Counted from the first letter of the stretch, positions 22,057-30,070 are shown. The stretch: DNA of 32,000 bases from Desulfobulbus propionicus DSM 2032 (GCF_000186885.1 NC_014972.1:390001-422000), one strand, 5' to 3'. The notes: generated by a model not told the origin, from the sequence alone. Program-made: numbers and translations.

Positions 22057-22079
22057 AACGTTGTTGTGTGCTAAAGGCG

Positions 22080-22625
22080 TTATCCTTGATGGACGCCGGA
22101 CTCGATCCAGGCGCGAATCTTGATCAGTTCCTCGTTCCACAGATGCGAGGCCCTGATGTTAATGAACAGGCGGAACAGATCGCCCACCAGGTGGGTCAGT
22201 TGCTCGAAGAGGCCGATCCGTTCGAGGATGCGCCCCTCCAAACTCTCGGCGTCCTTGCCCTCGTCGGCCGCATCCACTGTTTTGGGCAGGCGGATGTTGC
22301 GGAACTCGAAGATCGCCGCCGTGAGGGTGACACCGAATTCGTAATCGCCATAGGCCAGACGCAGGCGGGCCTGTTCCGGTTTCTTGGCTAGGCCAAGTCC
22401 GGCCCTGGCCTCCTTGAGCTCGGTTTGTAGGCCGCGGCAGATCACCTTCTCGCTGGCATCGCCCTCGCCGTATTCGAGCAGCATGTGCTTTTCAAAAACC
22501 ACCAGCACGTCACCCCGGCCCGGCACCTCGACGCTACCGCCGCGCTCCTCCGACTTGAACCACAGCCAGGCGAGAAACTCCTGGCCAAGAAATCTTTTTT
22601 CCTGAATAAGATCGACAAGATCCAT
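22080..22625 (-). CDS. conserved protein resembling the C-terminal half of long RdgC-family proteins
   Basis: 181 aa; [16 protein letters not shown] ... [49 protein letters not shown]. Confidence 0.55.
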   Translation of the reverse strand: MDLVDLIQEKRFLGQEFLAWLWFKSEERGGSVEVPGRGDVLVVFEKHMLLEYGEGDASEKVICRGLQTELKEARAGLGLAKKPEQARLRLAYGDYEFGVTLTAAIFEFRNIRLPKTVDAADEGKDAESLEGRILERIGLFEQLTHLVGDLFRLFINIRASHLWNEELIKIRAWIESGVHQG

Positions 22626-22664
22626 AGATTGTTCCGTTGACGTGGCGGCAAGGCACCGCCAGGA

Positions 22665-24509
22665 TTACAGTTCGAGCGTTAACGCCTCTTTGCCTTGTTG
22701 TTTTTCCGCGGCCTCGACACTCTGCTGAAAAATGGCCGCTGCCCGCTGCTGATAGTGTTGGGCTTCCTCGGATTTACGCTGATTGGTGCACAGTTTGGCT
22801 AATTCCTGGAGGATGGCGGCCACGCTCGGGTGCTCCTTGCCATGCACGGCCTCGTTGATGGCCAGGGATTTCCGGTAACAGGCCTCGGCTTCGGCATACT
22901 GCCCCTGAAGGCGATAGGATTCGGCCAGGTTATTGAGACTGATGACCAACTGGGGATGGGTCGGCCGCAGGGTTTTCTCCTGGATGCGGACCAACCGTTC
23001 ATAAAGCGGCACCGCCTGTTTCTCCATCTCCAATTCCATGCACAGGGCCGCCAGCTTGGCCAGGATGCCAGTCAAGGCGGGATGCTCTCTACCGCGTTTC
23101 TTTTCCAGAATATCCAGGGCCTTCTTATACAGGGCCACCGCCTTGTCATATTCCCCCAGGGTTTCCTGGTATTCGCCGATCTGCCGCCAACTGACCGCCA
23201 TCTCTACATGGTCCTGTCCCAGTTGCTTGGCCAGGCTGGTCATCGATTCCTTGTAAAGCGGACCGGCCTTCTGGTACTGGCCGCTGAGGACGTAGGTATA
23301 GGCCAATTCCCGCTGGGCCAGCGCCAAGGCCAGGGGATCGGTTGCGCTACTCTCCTTGGAGAGCTGGACAAAGGATTCCAGCCACGGCACCGCTTCCTTG
23401 TACTTATAGAGGCAGCGGGCTGTTCGACCGGCGGACTGGAGGTGACGAGGGTTGCCCGGTTCCTTGGCCACTGCCAGGCGGTACCTTTCCATGGCCTGTT
23501 GCAGGTCAACGCGGCACTCGGCCAACTGACCGCTGAAATGGGCGGCCTGGGCGGCAAGGGGGTGGGATTGTCCGCTCAGGTGCGCCAGATACGCCTCGGC
23601 TGCCGCCGGCTCGCCGACCTGCAATTGGTCGATGGCTGCCGTCAACTCTGGTTCTCCGTTTTCGTGTCGCAACCGTACCAGGGCGTCCAGGATCTGCTGG
23701 TAACAGGCCATTTCGTCCACATAACTGTCGGCCAGCAGGGCCAGCTTGTCGTTCATGATCACCAGCTCGCGCTGCAACTGATCCCGTCGTTTGTCGTCCT
23801 GCTGTTCAATGGCCTGGGCCAAGGCGGCTCTTTGCCGCTCTTCCAGGGCGTTCAGGCGGGAGGCATAGGCCTCAAGGCTCAGGCGGACCAGCGGCGGGGG
23901 CTCTTCGGAAGCCTTGGGCTCGGCCACAAGGTCGGGAATAGCGAAATCCATCACCTCTGTCTGGAGTTGGCCACTGGCAGGCGATTCGGCGCGCCCTTCC
24001 CCTTCCTCGGGGAAGGGTGCGGCGGAGGGCGATGCGCTTTCAGCAGCCGCCACGACCTTCTGTTCGTTGATCGCCTCTTGTTCCCCTTCGGTTGCCGCTG
24101 CGAGAACCGGCTCTGTTTCCTCGGCCAACCGATCGTGCTCGACAATCGCCAACGGCTCTGCCGCCTCACCCCTCTCCTGATCTTCCGTGATGGGTTCCAC
24201 TGCGGCTGGGGGCTCGGTCGGCGTTGGCTCGGCAACCGCTGCTGTCGTGTCCGATGTCGGCGCGACGGTCATTTCCAAGGAGGGAAGCTCTGGTGTTATG
24301 ACCGTGGCAGCCGATTCCTCCGGAACAGGAGCGACTGCGGGCGCCTCAACAGCCTGGGGCGGTTCCTGCTCGGGTGGCAGGGCAGGGCGTTGCGCCTGTT
24401 CCTCGGCTTTGCTGACCGTGGATTTTTTCCGGGCGGCCTGATTTTTCCACAGGAAGACAACCGCGAGCAGGGCAATCCCCACGAGCAGGGCAAGCGCGAA
24501 TCCGTTCAT
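22665..24509 (-). CDS. single-TM TPR-repeat protein
   Basis: N-terminal TM (FALALLVGIALLAVVFLW), acidic/proline-rich linker, then TPRs (AVSWRQIGEYQETLGEYDKAVALYKKALDILEKKRG, SLNNLAESYRLQGQYAEAEACYRKSLAI). Confidence 0.85.
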   Translation of the reverse strand: MNGFALALLVGIALLAVVFLWKNQAARKKSTVSKAEEQAQRPALPPEQEPPQAVEAPAVAPVPEESAATVITPELPSLEMTVAPTSDTTAAVAEPTPTEPPAAVEPITEDQERGEAAEPLAIVEHDRLAEETEPVLAAATEGEQEAINEQKVVAAAESASPSAAPFPEEGEGRAESPASGQLQTEVMDFAIPDLVAEPKASEEPPPLVRLSLEAYASRLNALEERQRAALAQAIEQQDDKRRDQLQRELVIMNDKLALLADSYVDEMACYQQILDALVRLRHENGEPELTAAIDQLQVGEPAAAEAYLAHLSGQSHPLAAQAAHFSGQLAECRVDLQQAMERYRLAVAKEPGNPRHLQSAGRTARCLYKYKEAVPWLESFVQLSKESSATDPLALALAQRELAYTYVLSGQYQKAGPLYKESMTSLAKQLGQDHVEMAVSWRQIGEYQETLGEYDKAVALYKKALDILEKKRGREHPALTGILAKLAALCMELEMEKQAVPLYERLVRIQEKTLRPTHPQLVISLNNLAESYRLQGQYAEAEACYRKSLAINEAVHGKEHPSVAAILQELAKLCTNQRKSEEAQHYQQRAAAIFQQSVEAAEKQQGKEALTLEL

Positions 24510-24553
24510 TTTTCCTCCATCGTCTTCAGCGAACGTGGTTGTGCAGCCGTTGA

Positions 24554-25159
24554 TTACAGCAAAATGGCGGGGCGCATTTCCTCATATTTTTCCAATGCCT
24601 CGCCTTCGGCCATGCGTTGGCCGGTCAGCCAAGGGATCTGCAGGATGAGCGAGAGGTGAAAGGTCTCCTTGAACAGATCCTCAAGGAGAGCCATGGCCTT
24701 TTTGCTGGTGGAAAAAAAGAGCAGGGTGCTGTCGGCCAAATTCCAGCACAGGTCATAGGTGGAGGGAACCGGCGGCGATTTGCGAATCAGTTCGGCGCGC
24801 ACCCGCTCCTTGATCTCTAGGCGGGCCGCCCGATTTAATCGGGGGATCTGTTTTTCCCGCTTGATCCGTTCTTCTTCTTTGGCGACATATTTTTTCAGTA
24901 CCGACGGTGCCACCTTGCGCTCGTCAACCCGCATCGTCAAGGCGATGTAGTCCCCGGCGGCATAGGAGCTGTAGGCGAAGCCGGCGTCAAACATGTCCGC
25001 GACCGAAACCCAGCCGATGGAATATTCGTCCATGGTGTCGTCGATATCCTTGAAGCTCATCGCCGCGATTCTCTGGGCGGCAACATCCCAGAATGATTCG
25101 GGCAATTCCCCTACCACCGAAAAACGTGTCAACGATGCTGAACCTGCGAGTAATCCCAT
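24554..25159 (-). CDS. RdgC-like N-terminal domain protein
   Basis: start MGLLAGSASLTRFSVVGELPESFWD; EYSIGWVSVADMFD...IALTMRVDERKVAPSVLKKYVAKEEE...LEIKERVRAELIRKSPPVPSTYDLCWN...LFFSTSKKAMALLEDLFKETFHLSL. Confidence 0.6.
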   Translation of the reverse strand: MGLLAGSASLTRFSVVGELPESFWDVAAQRIAAMSFKDIDDTMDEYSIGWVSVADMFDAGFAYSSYAAGDYIALTMRVDERKVAPSVLKKYVAKEEERIKREKQIPRLNRAARLEIKERVRAELIRKSPPVPSTYDLCWNLADSTLLFFSTSKKAMALLEDLFKETFHLSLILQIPWLTGQRMAEGEALEKYEEMRPAILL

Positions 25160-25400
25160 ACTATCCTGACCATGAAAAAATCCGGATGGAGAATCCATCT
25201 TTCATTTGGACAAATTTGAGTCGATTGTACTCGCAAACCCGCGCACAGACCACAAGGATTTTAGTAAAATTGGTCTAACTGTGGAGGCCGTAACGGCATG
25301 GGACATGACAAGGCCCTCTTGGGGGGAGAAAATAATTCTGAAAGATATTTTTGGTTGACACGCTCAGGAGAACTTAGTAGAGAGAGTCTCTCGAAATGAA

Positions 25401-25476
25401 GGGTCGTTAACTCAGTCGGTAGAGTATCTGCCTTTTAAGCAGAGAGTCGCGCGTTCGAGCCGCGCACGACCCACCA
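25401..25476 (+). tRNA. tRNA-Lys (TTT), CCA encoded
   Basis: GGGTCGT/ACGACCC acceptor, anticodon arm TCTGC-CTTTTAA-GCAGA, GTTCGAG T-loop, ACCA end. Confidence 0.97.
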
Positions 25477-25494
25477 TCCAGTATTTTAAGACCT

Positions 25495-25572
25495 GTCCCC
25501 ATCGTCTAGCCAGGTCCAGGACACCGGCCTTTCACGCCGGCAACACCGGTTCAAATCCGGTTGGGGACGCCA
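25495..25572 (+). tRNA. tRNA-Glu (TTC), CCA encoded
   Basis: GTCCCCA/TGGGGAC acceptor, anticodon arm CCGGC-CTTTCAC-GCCGG, CCGG-TTCAAAT-CCGG T arm, GCCA end. Confidence 0.96.
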
Positions 25573-25579
25573 AATAAAT

Positions 25580-25597
25580 CAGCTAGTTATCTAGCTG
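25580..25597. repeat. perfect inverted repeat between tRNA-Glu and int
   Basis: CAGCTAG-TTAT-CTAGCTG. Confidence 0.85.
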
Positions 25598-25599
25598 GG

Positions 25600-26673
25600 T
25601 CATACTCCGAGAACCTGCTGAAGGATTTTTGAAGGATTTTTCTCGGAAGCAGTTAAGCCGGGGAGTGCCGCTAGCACTTCCCGGTTTTCTTTTTTCAGCC
25701 TGTGAATATACCGTTGAGTCGTCGCCAAGCTGGTGTGACGGAGCATGTATTGAATTTCAACCAGGGGCACATTCTGCGCCGCCAGGATTGAAGCAAACAG
25801 ATGCCGGATTCCGTGAAAACCAAACGGCTTTACCCCGGCTTCCTTGCAGACCTTTTTCAGCCAATGCTGGCGGTATTGATAGGCAAGGCTCCGATAGCTG
25901 ACAAATACATGTTCCTTCAAGTCGCTGTTTCCCTTCTTGTGCCGTAACAGCCACTCGGCAAGATCGTCCTTGATGCTCAACCACTGAGAGCGCCATTCTC
26001 CGACCTTATTTTTTCTCCAGCTGAGGCGGATTCTTTTACGAAAAAAATCCACATCGGCCCAGGTAAGACGGAACAGCTCATCCCGACGGGCTCCGGTCTG
26101 CAAGTAGCAATAGAGCATCAGCTTATCTTGGTCCTGGACGAGAGAATGAAAGACCTTCCAAAAATCGTCCAGGGTTGGAACGTATCTTTCGAACCGCTCC
26201 GAGGCGAATTTCTCCACCTTGGAAAACGGGTTTTCGCTGGGGAGTTGAAGAAACTTCACGCCCCAGGACCAAGCCGCCGACAAATTTTTCCTGTCTTTAT
26301 TGGCAGCGTTCCCGGATCGGCTGATGGATTGCCTTTGCAAAGCCTTTTGGACTTGCAGGGCGGTTAACCGATTGGCCGATTCTTTCGGGTTGATGCCAGA
26401 GTAGGCAAAAAATTGACGAAAGGCCATTCGTTTTTCGTCAAACGTCTTGCCGGTAAAATTTTGCTCTGCATGCCTTAGATATTCAGTTGCCCAATCAAGC
26501 AAGCAAACCGAATGGGTCTTTTGTTCGGCTATTTCGTCGGGAAGTTGTTCGGACTCCCACAAAAGAGCCTCTTTCTTGGTCAGAAAGCTTTTCCTCTGCC
26601 TCTTTCCGTTGACTATCCTCTGTCCCGTCCAGGGATATTTGTCTTTGTTGTTGTTGTAGTTTTTGTACGCCAT
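25600..26673 (-). CDS. int: tyrosine recombinase / phage integrase
   Basis: 357 aa; CYLQTGARRDELFRLTWADVDF, FGFHGIRHLFASILAAQNVPLVEIQYMLRHTSLATTQRYIH (R..HxxR..Y catalytic pattern); start preceded by GAGG. Confidence 0.95.
   Translation of the reverse strand: MAYKNYNNNKDKYPWTGQRIVNGKRQRKSFLTKKEALLWESEQLPDEIAEQKTHSVCLLDWATEYLRHAEQNFTGKTFDEKRMAFRQFFAYSGINPKESANRLTALQVQKALQRQSISRSGNAANKDRKNLSAAWSWGVKFLQLPSENPFSKVEKFASERFERYVPTLDDFWKVFHSLVQDQDKLMLYCYLQTGARRDELFRLTWADVDFFRKRIRLSWRKNKVGEWRSQWLSIKDDLAEWLLRHKKGNSDLKEHVFVSYRSLAYQYRQHWLKKVCKEAGVKPFGFHGIRHLFASILAAQNVPLVEIQYMLRHTSLATTQRYIHRLKKENREVLAALPGLTASEKNPSKILQQVLGV
25658..25695 (+). terminator. Rho-independent terminator for plus-strand tRNA transcripts, lying inside the int 3' coding region
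   Basis: CCGGGGAGTG-CCGCTAG-CACTTCCCGG followed by TTTTCTTTTTT. Confidence 0.75.
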
Positions 26674-26821
26674 GATTCATAACCTCATTTCGTGGAAATC
26701 TCCAAGAACGTGGCCCCAAGCGTACTCCCCCGATCTTTTCAAGACCGTAGCGAAGCAAGACACGCTTTTCAACTCGGAAATATTCACAAACCTCTTTCAA
26801 GGTCATCATTTCAGGATACAT
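26495..26821 (-). CDS. excisionase/AlpA-like HTH protein, C-terminal part overlapping int out of frame
   Basis: MMTLKEVCEYFRVEKRVLLRYGLEKIGGVRLGPRSWRFPRNEVM resembles HTH_17/MerR-like DNA-binding domain; upstream ORF stop overlaps the start (ATGATG). Confidence 0.6.
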   Translation of the reverse strand: MYPEMMTLKEVCEYFRVEKRVLLRYGLEKIGGVRLGPRSWRFPRNEVMNHGVQKLQQQQRQISLDGTEDSQRKEAEEKLSDQERGSFVGVRTTSRRNSRTKDPFGLLA

Positions 26822-27072
26822 TTTTCAAATCCTGGTAAAAATTGCTGCCGAGGATCGACGGCGGATTGTTTCTCTTCACGGACGGCGGCTTTTATGCGGC
26901 GGGCACGTTCGGCAACGGCGGGCATATACTCAGCCCCAAGGGCTTTGTCCCCCATCAGGCCCCTCCGGGGTGTGGTAAAAATCGAATTTTTCATTTCCTT
27001 GCGTACCTCAATCCGATCAGCCAACACGCGCCAAATAAAAATCATTGCGGCGATCAGGCAATTTCTCGCCAT
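26806..27072 (-). CDS. hypothetical prophage protein
   Basis: ORF 26806..27222; start MARNCLIAAMIFIWRVLADRIEVRKEM overlaps rep end; stop overlaps start of the Xis-like ORF; start codon uncertain. Confidence 0.45.
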   Translation of the reverse strand: MARNCLIAAMIFIWRVLADRIEVRKEMKNSIFTTPRRGLMGDKALGAEYMPAVAERARRIKAAVREEKQSAVDPRQQFLPGFEKCILK

Positions 27073-28546
27073 GGGAGAGCTTTTCGAGGCATGACTTGCA
27101 TTGACAATGCGGGCTGCCGGCAATGTAAGAAACAGCCTGGTCATGATCGACAAATTCCGCACAATGAATGCAGACGAAAAAAGAAGTGTCGCCGGGGGGT
27201 GAAGGTGGAGGAATGGCCGCACCTATGACACCTTGTTCGGCGTCGTTCATCGTTGGGCCATGGATCTCGCTGAACCCGTAAGGCCACACCTCGTTAACCT
27301 TTTGTTCCATGCGCACCTGTAAATCAGACTTGCCGGTTTTGGGATCGACCTTTTGAGCCTTGGTACTGAGAATGGAAGAAATTGCTTCCTGGCACCAAAT
27401 GGAAATCACGTCATGATCATTGCCGGTATAACCATTGATGGCAGCGAGGTTGAGCGCGACACCGGCGAGCATATCCTCAAGCTGTCGCTTGTTCTTGGTG
27501 GGAAGACACTTGCGGCGTGATGCCATCTCTTCGCCGCTCCACTGGAGGGATTGAAGGCGTTCCCACCAGGGATTAATCTTTGCCCGGTCCTGGTGACGGT
27601 TGTTGCGGTCGAAAGGTTCAAGACAAAGCCGAGCCCAATCAGTGACGCAATAAGACCAAAGGGAAGAGGCTTTTTTGTGCAAATCCTGCAACGTCTTGAT
27701 ACGGAACTGTTTCAAGACGGTTTTGCGAAGTTGAAATTCGACCCGAGTTACCTGCAAATCTTCATCGTCATCTTGCTCACGTGACCAAACTGAGGCAAAA
27801 AGGGATTTCTTGCCATCGTTCTTGGCGATCTCCAGAACCTTGTCATAAACGCGAAGCATGATATCGCCCTGGCCAACGGAAATACCGGTTTCGGTGACGC
27901 GACCAGTATAGGTGGAGAGGTCCCCCAGGTCGCCCTCTGATTGATTCCAGGTAATACCGGAAAATTTCTGTTGCGAATGGTCATAGTAGGAGAAGAACTT
28001 GTTCGCCCGGGTGATCCAATAATCATACCGTTCAAGGCCGAGTTCGCGGATATCCTGCCCAATAGAATCGGCGCACAAGTGAACCTCAGAAACGGAATTC
28101 TTGTGAACCGTGCCCTGGTACAGATGGATCAGCTTGCAAATCTGGTTGATAACGGTGGTATATCCGGGAGCCCAACAGGACATGGAGCCAATATCAACCC
28201 ACACGTTCGGGGTATCCATGTAATCCCGACGAGTGGAGATGAACACATTGACGTCAGCGCGTGAGATGTGAAAGGCATACCCACCGTTTTTACCGGTGGC
28301 GTGGCAGTTGTAATACTGGTCAAAATCATCACCGAGCTTGATTGGCACCACTTGCCGAATCTCTTGCGCCTTTGCTTTTCCCTGACCCAAGATTTCAAAC
28401 AACCTTTCATCTTTGAACTCGACATAGAAACCGACCTTCAACCGATCAAGCCCCGTGGAGATTTCGACCCCCCTTGTTAATCGGTCTTGGGGAAAAGAAG
28501 GCGAAATTACCGGTGCCTGAGCCTGAGAAAGGAAACCATCGTACAT
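27017..28546 (-). CDS. replication initiation protein, Rep_trans/pII-like, with C-terminal Cys-rich tail
   Basis: ATG at 28546 has AGGAG with 8 nt spacing; DIMLRVYDKVLEIAKND...WSREQDDDEDLQVTRVEFQLRKTVLKQF pattern; C-terminal CIHCAEFVDHDQAVSYIAGSPHCQCKSC. Confidence 0.75.
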   Translation of the reverse strand: MYDGFLSQAQAPVISPSFPQDRLTRGVEISTGLDRLKVGFYVEFKDERLFEILGQGKAKAQEIRQVVPIKLGDDFDQYYNCHATGKNGGYAFHISRADVNVFISTRRDYMDTPNVWVDIGSMSCWAPGYTTVINQICKLIHLYQGTVHKNSVSEVHLCADSIGQDIRELGLERYDYWITRANKFFSYYDHSQQKFSGITWNQSEGDLGDLSTYTGRVTETGISVGQGDIMLRVYDKVLEIAKNDGKKSLFASVWSREQDDDEDLQVTRVEFQLRKTVLKQFRIKTLQDLHKKASSLWSYCVTDWARLCLEPFDRNNRHQDRAKINPWWERLQSLQWSGEEMASRRKCLPTKNKRQLEDMLAGVALNLAAINGYTGNDHDVISIWCQEAISSILSTKAQKVDPKTGKSDLQVRMEQKVNEVWPYGFSEIHGPTMNDAEQGVIGAAIPPPSPPGDTSFFVCIHCAEFVDHDQAVSYIAGSPHCQCKSCLEKLSHGEKLPDRRNDFYLARVG

Positions 28547-28627
28547 CGCATGAACTCCTGAAAAAAATGAATCCTGATCGTTACGCACTAACGCGCTATC
28601 GCTTGTTGCCTCCTCAAGGTCCCTGCA

Positions 28628-28653
28628 ATCGCCTGGAAACCGCCCCAGGCGAT
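28628..28653. repeat. inverted repeat upstream of rep, candidate origin hairpin
   Basis: ATCGCCTGG-AAACCGCC-CCAGGCGAT, perfect 9 bp arms. Confidence 0.5.
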
Positions 28654-28664
28654 CACAGCGAACC

Positions 28665-28958
28665 TTAAGGAGGGGGGAGATGGACGGGTTTGGGTAGGTC
28701 GTTTTTAATTTCATTTTTTCTTTTACTGCCGTAGCGCTGGAAAGCGCCTTGTCGGCTGAGCCCTAGAGCTAGGCCAATATGTTCCCAGGACCTGCCGAAG
28801 GAACGTTGCCCATCAATGGCAACCTGTACGGCTTGGTCAAACTCGGAACGAAGTTGAATCAGCATTGCAAGTTCGTGCTCATCGGCGGCGGCAACACGGC
28901 GGCCGGCTGCTCGAATCATCCGGGACAGCATCTTTAAGTAATCTGCGGTCTCAACCAT
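28665..28958 (-). CDS. small HTH-containing protein, possible regulator
   Basis: start MVETADYLKMLSRMIRAAGRR at 28958 with AGAGG upstream; SWEHIGLALGLSRQGAFQRYG HTH-like segment. Confidence 0.6.
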   Translation of the reverse strand: MVETADYLKMLSRMIRAAGRRVAAADEHELAMLIQLRSEFDQAVQVAIDGQRSFGRSWEHIGLALGLSRQGAFQRYGSKRKNEIKNDLPKPVHLPPP

Positions 28959-29023
28959 GAAACGCCTCTTTTGCCGTGAAATGGTGTAAACGATTGGTTG
29001 ACGCTTTTCGGCCGAAGCAAGAT

Positions 29024-29236
29024 TCAAGAGCAATGAGGCCGCCCTGGAGCTGAGGATCCGGACGAAGATGGGCCGAGCTTGGTGGCCTTGCAGATCAGCC
29101 GGGAAGTGCGGATCCGAGATTCGCAGAACAGGCAAAGGCCGAAGTGAGGAAGAGAAGGGTCACAAACGGTTTTACGGCCGCAATCGGCGCAAAGGCAAAC
29201 GACCTGATTTGTCCTGTCGTTATGTGATTGGCTCAT
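29024..29236 (-). CDS. 70 aa zinc-ribbon-like protein
   Basis: CLCADCGRKTVCDPSLPHFGLCLFCESR; GAGG 8 nt before ATG. Confidence 0.6.
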   Translation of the reverse strand: MSQSHNDRTNQVVCLCADCGRKTVCDPSLPHFGLCLFCESRIRTSRLICKATKLGPSSSGSSAPGRPHCS

Positions 29237-29249
29237 TTGTTTGGCCTCA

Positions 29250-29330
29250 TCAAAGGTTAGCTACGATGACGCCAGCAATAAGCATGGACGCCAAAAACAG
29301 TAAAAACAGGAAACAGGGTCGAGTGCTCAT
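29250..29330 (-). CDS. 26 aa hydrophobic peptide (not in ORF track)
   Basis: MSTRPCFLFLLFLASMLIAGVIVANL*; AGGAG 9 nt upstream; ATG overlaps TGA of the preceding gene (TGATG). Confidence 0.6.
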   Translation of the reverse strand: MSTRPCFLFLLFLASMLIAGVIVANL

Positions 29331-29596
29331 CAGCGTTCACTCCTAATTGCATTGATTGCTCGACCGCAGAGGCGGCCGAAATAAATCCAATTGTAGCTAA
29401 TGCCGTGTTGGTCACAGAGAGGCTTGATGGTATGCAGATCATCGAAGGCCGTGCAGGCGATCATTGTATAAGCATGTTTCTCAAGGCATGATAAGGCGTA
29501 GAGGCTCCACCAAAGCCGATACAAAGCGGTGAAAAAGCAGGCCGCCAGGAAGACGATTGATAACCAAGCGAGGTAGAAGAGAATGGCGGCAATCAT
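29330..29596 (-). CDS. 88 aa membrane protein
   Basis: MIAAILFYLAWLSIVFLAACFFTALYRLWWSLYALSC...; ATG overlaps stop of preceding 39 aa ORF (ATGA). Confidence 0.6.
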   Translation of the reverse strand: MIAAILFYLAWLSIVFLAACFFTALYRLWWSLYALSCLEKHAYTMIACTAFDDLHTIKPLCDQHGISYNWIYFGRLCGRAINAIRSER

Positions 29597-29712
29597 TTTG
29601 AAAAGTACCGTTGAAGTTTGCGGAACAAAGGGCTCAACCTTGGAATGAGGACAAAGACGACAAAAGGAATCAGGAAAAAAGGAATGAGATAAGCGAAAGA
29701 TTTGAAAGTCAT
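29593..29712 (-). CDS. 39 aa hydrophobic peptide with basic C-terminus (not in ORF track)
   Basis: MTFKSFAYLIPFFLIPFVVFVLIPRLSPLFRKLQRYFSK*; GGAGG 8 nt upstream of ATG. Confidence 0.65.
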   Translation of the reverse strand: MTFKSFAYLIPFFLIPFVVFVLIPRLSPLFRKLQRYFSK

Positions 29713-29729
29713 GTTTCTTGCCTCCAGTT

Positions 29730-30059
29730 TTAGGAAGTTATCTTAAGGAATCGAAGGATGGGGCCAGACATAAATTTGAGCAGATACAAAGAGATATAAA
29801 ATTGAGTGCACTGGAAAAGAACATCGACCGGGAATAACCAGGTCAACCAACAAATAGCAGTATGCGGTGTAGGGAATTGGTTGACAAGATCGGCCCCGAG
29901 AGACAAAGACGGCATGATTGTCGCCATCATTTCGATGAGGTATGCGAGAAGGGCAAGGATAGCGTTGAGAATGAGGACAAAGGCATCAACGATTACATTG
30001 ATAAGCGTATCGAAGAACGCTTGGAACCAAGAAAGTATTATTTTAATCAAAGAATCCAT
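29730..30059 (-). CDS. pVI/DUF2523-like phage membrane protein
   Basis: 109 aa, several hydrophobic segments; PHTAICWLTWLFPVDVLFQCTQFYISLYLLKFMSGPILRFLKI matches the general layout of inovirus minor coat proteins. Confidence 0.6.
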   Translation of the reverse strand: MDSLIKIILSWFQAFFDTLINVIVDAFVLILNAILALLAYLIEMMATIMPSLSLGADLVNQFPTPHTAICWLTWLFPVDVLFQCTQFYISLYLLKFMSGPILRFLKITS

Positions 30060-30070
30060 TGCATCAGCCC

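Noticed and set aside
20353-22074. 573 aa plus-strand ORF
   Set aside because: Antisense of gatB and the radC start.
22830-24659. 609 aa plus-strand ORF
   Set aside because: Antisense of the TPR gene; apparent periodicity mirrors the TPR repeats.
25620-25641. Two tandem copies of GAAGGATTTTT
   Set aside because: Only two 11 bp copies, inside the int coding end; not enough to call a regulatory or att repeat.
27017-28714. Rep starting at 28714 as given in the ORF track
   Set aside because: The ATG at 28546 has AGGAG at suitable distance, and the N-terminal extension covers the inverted repeat at 28628-28653; the shorter form is preferred.
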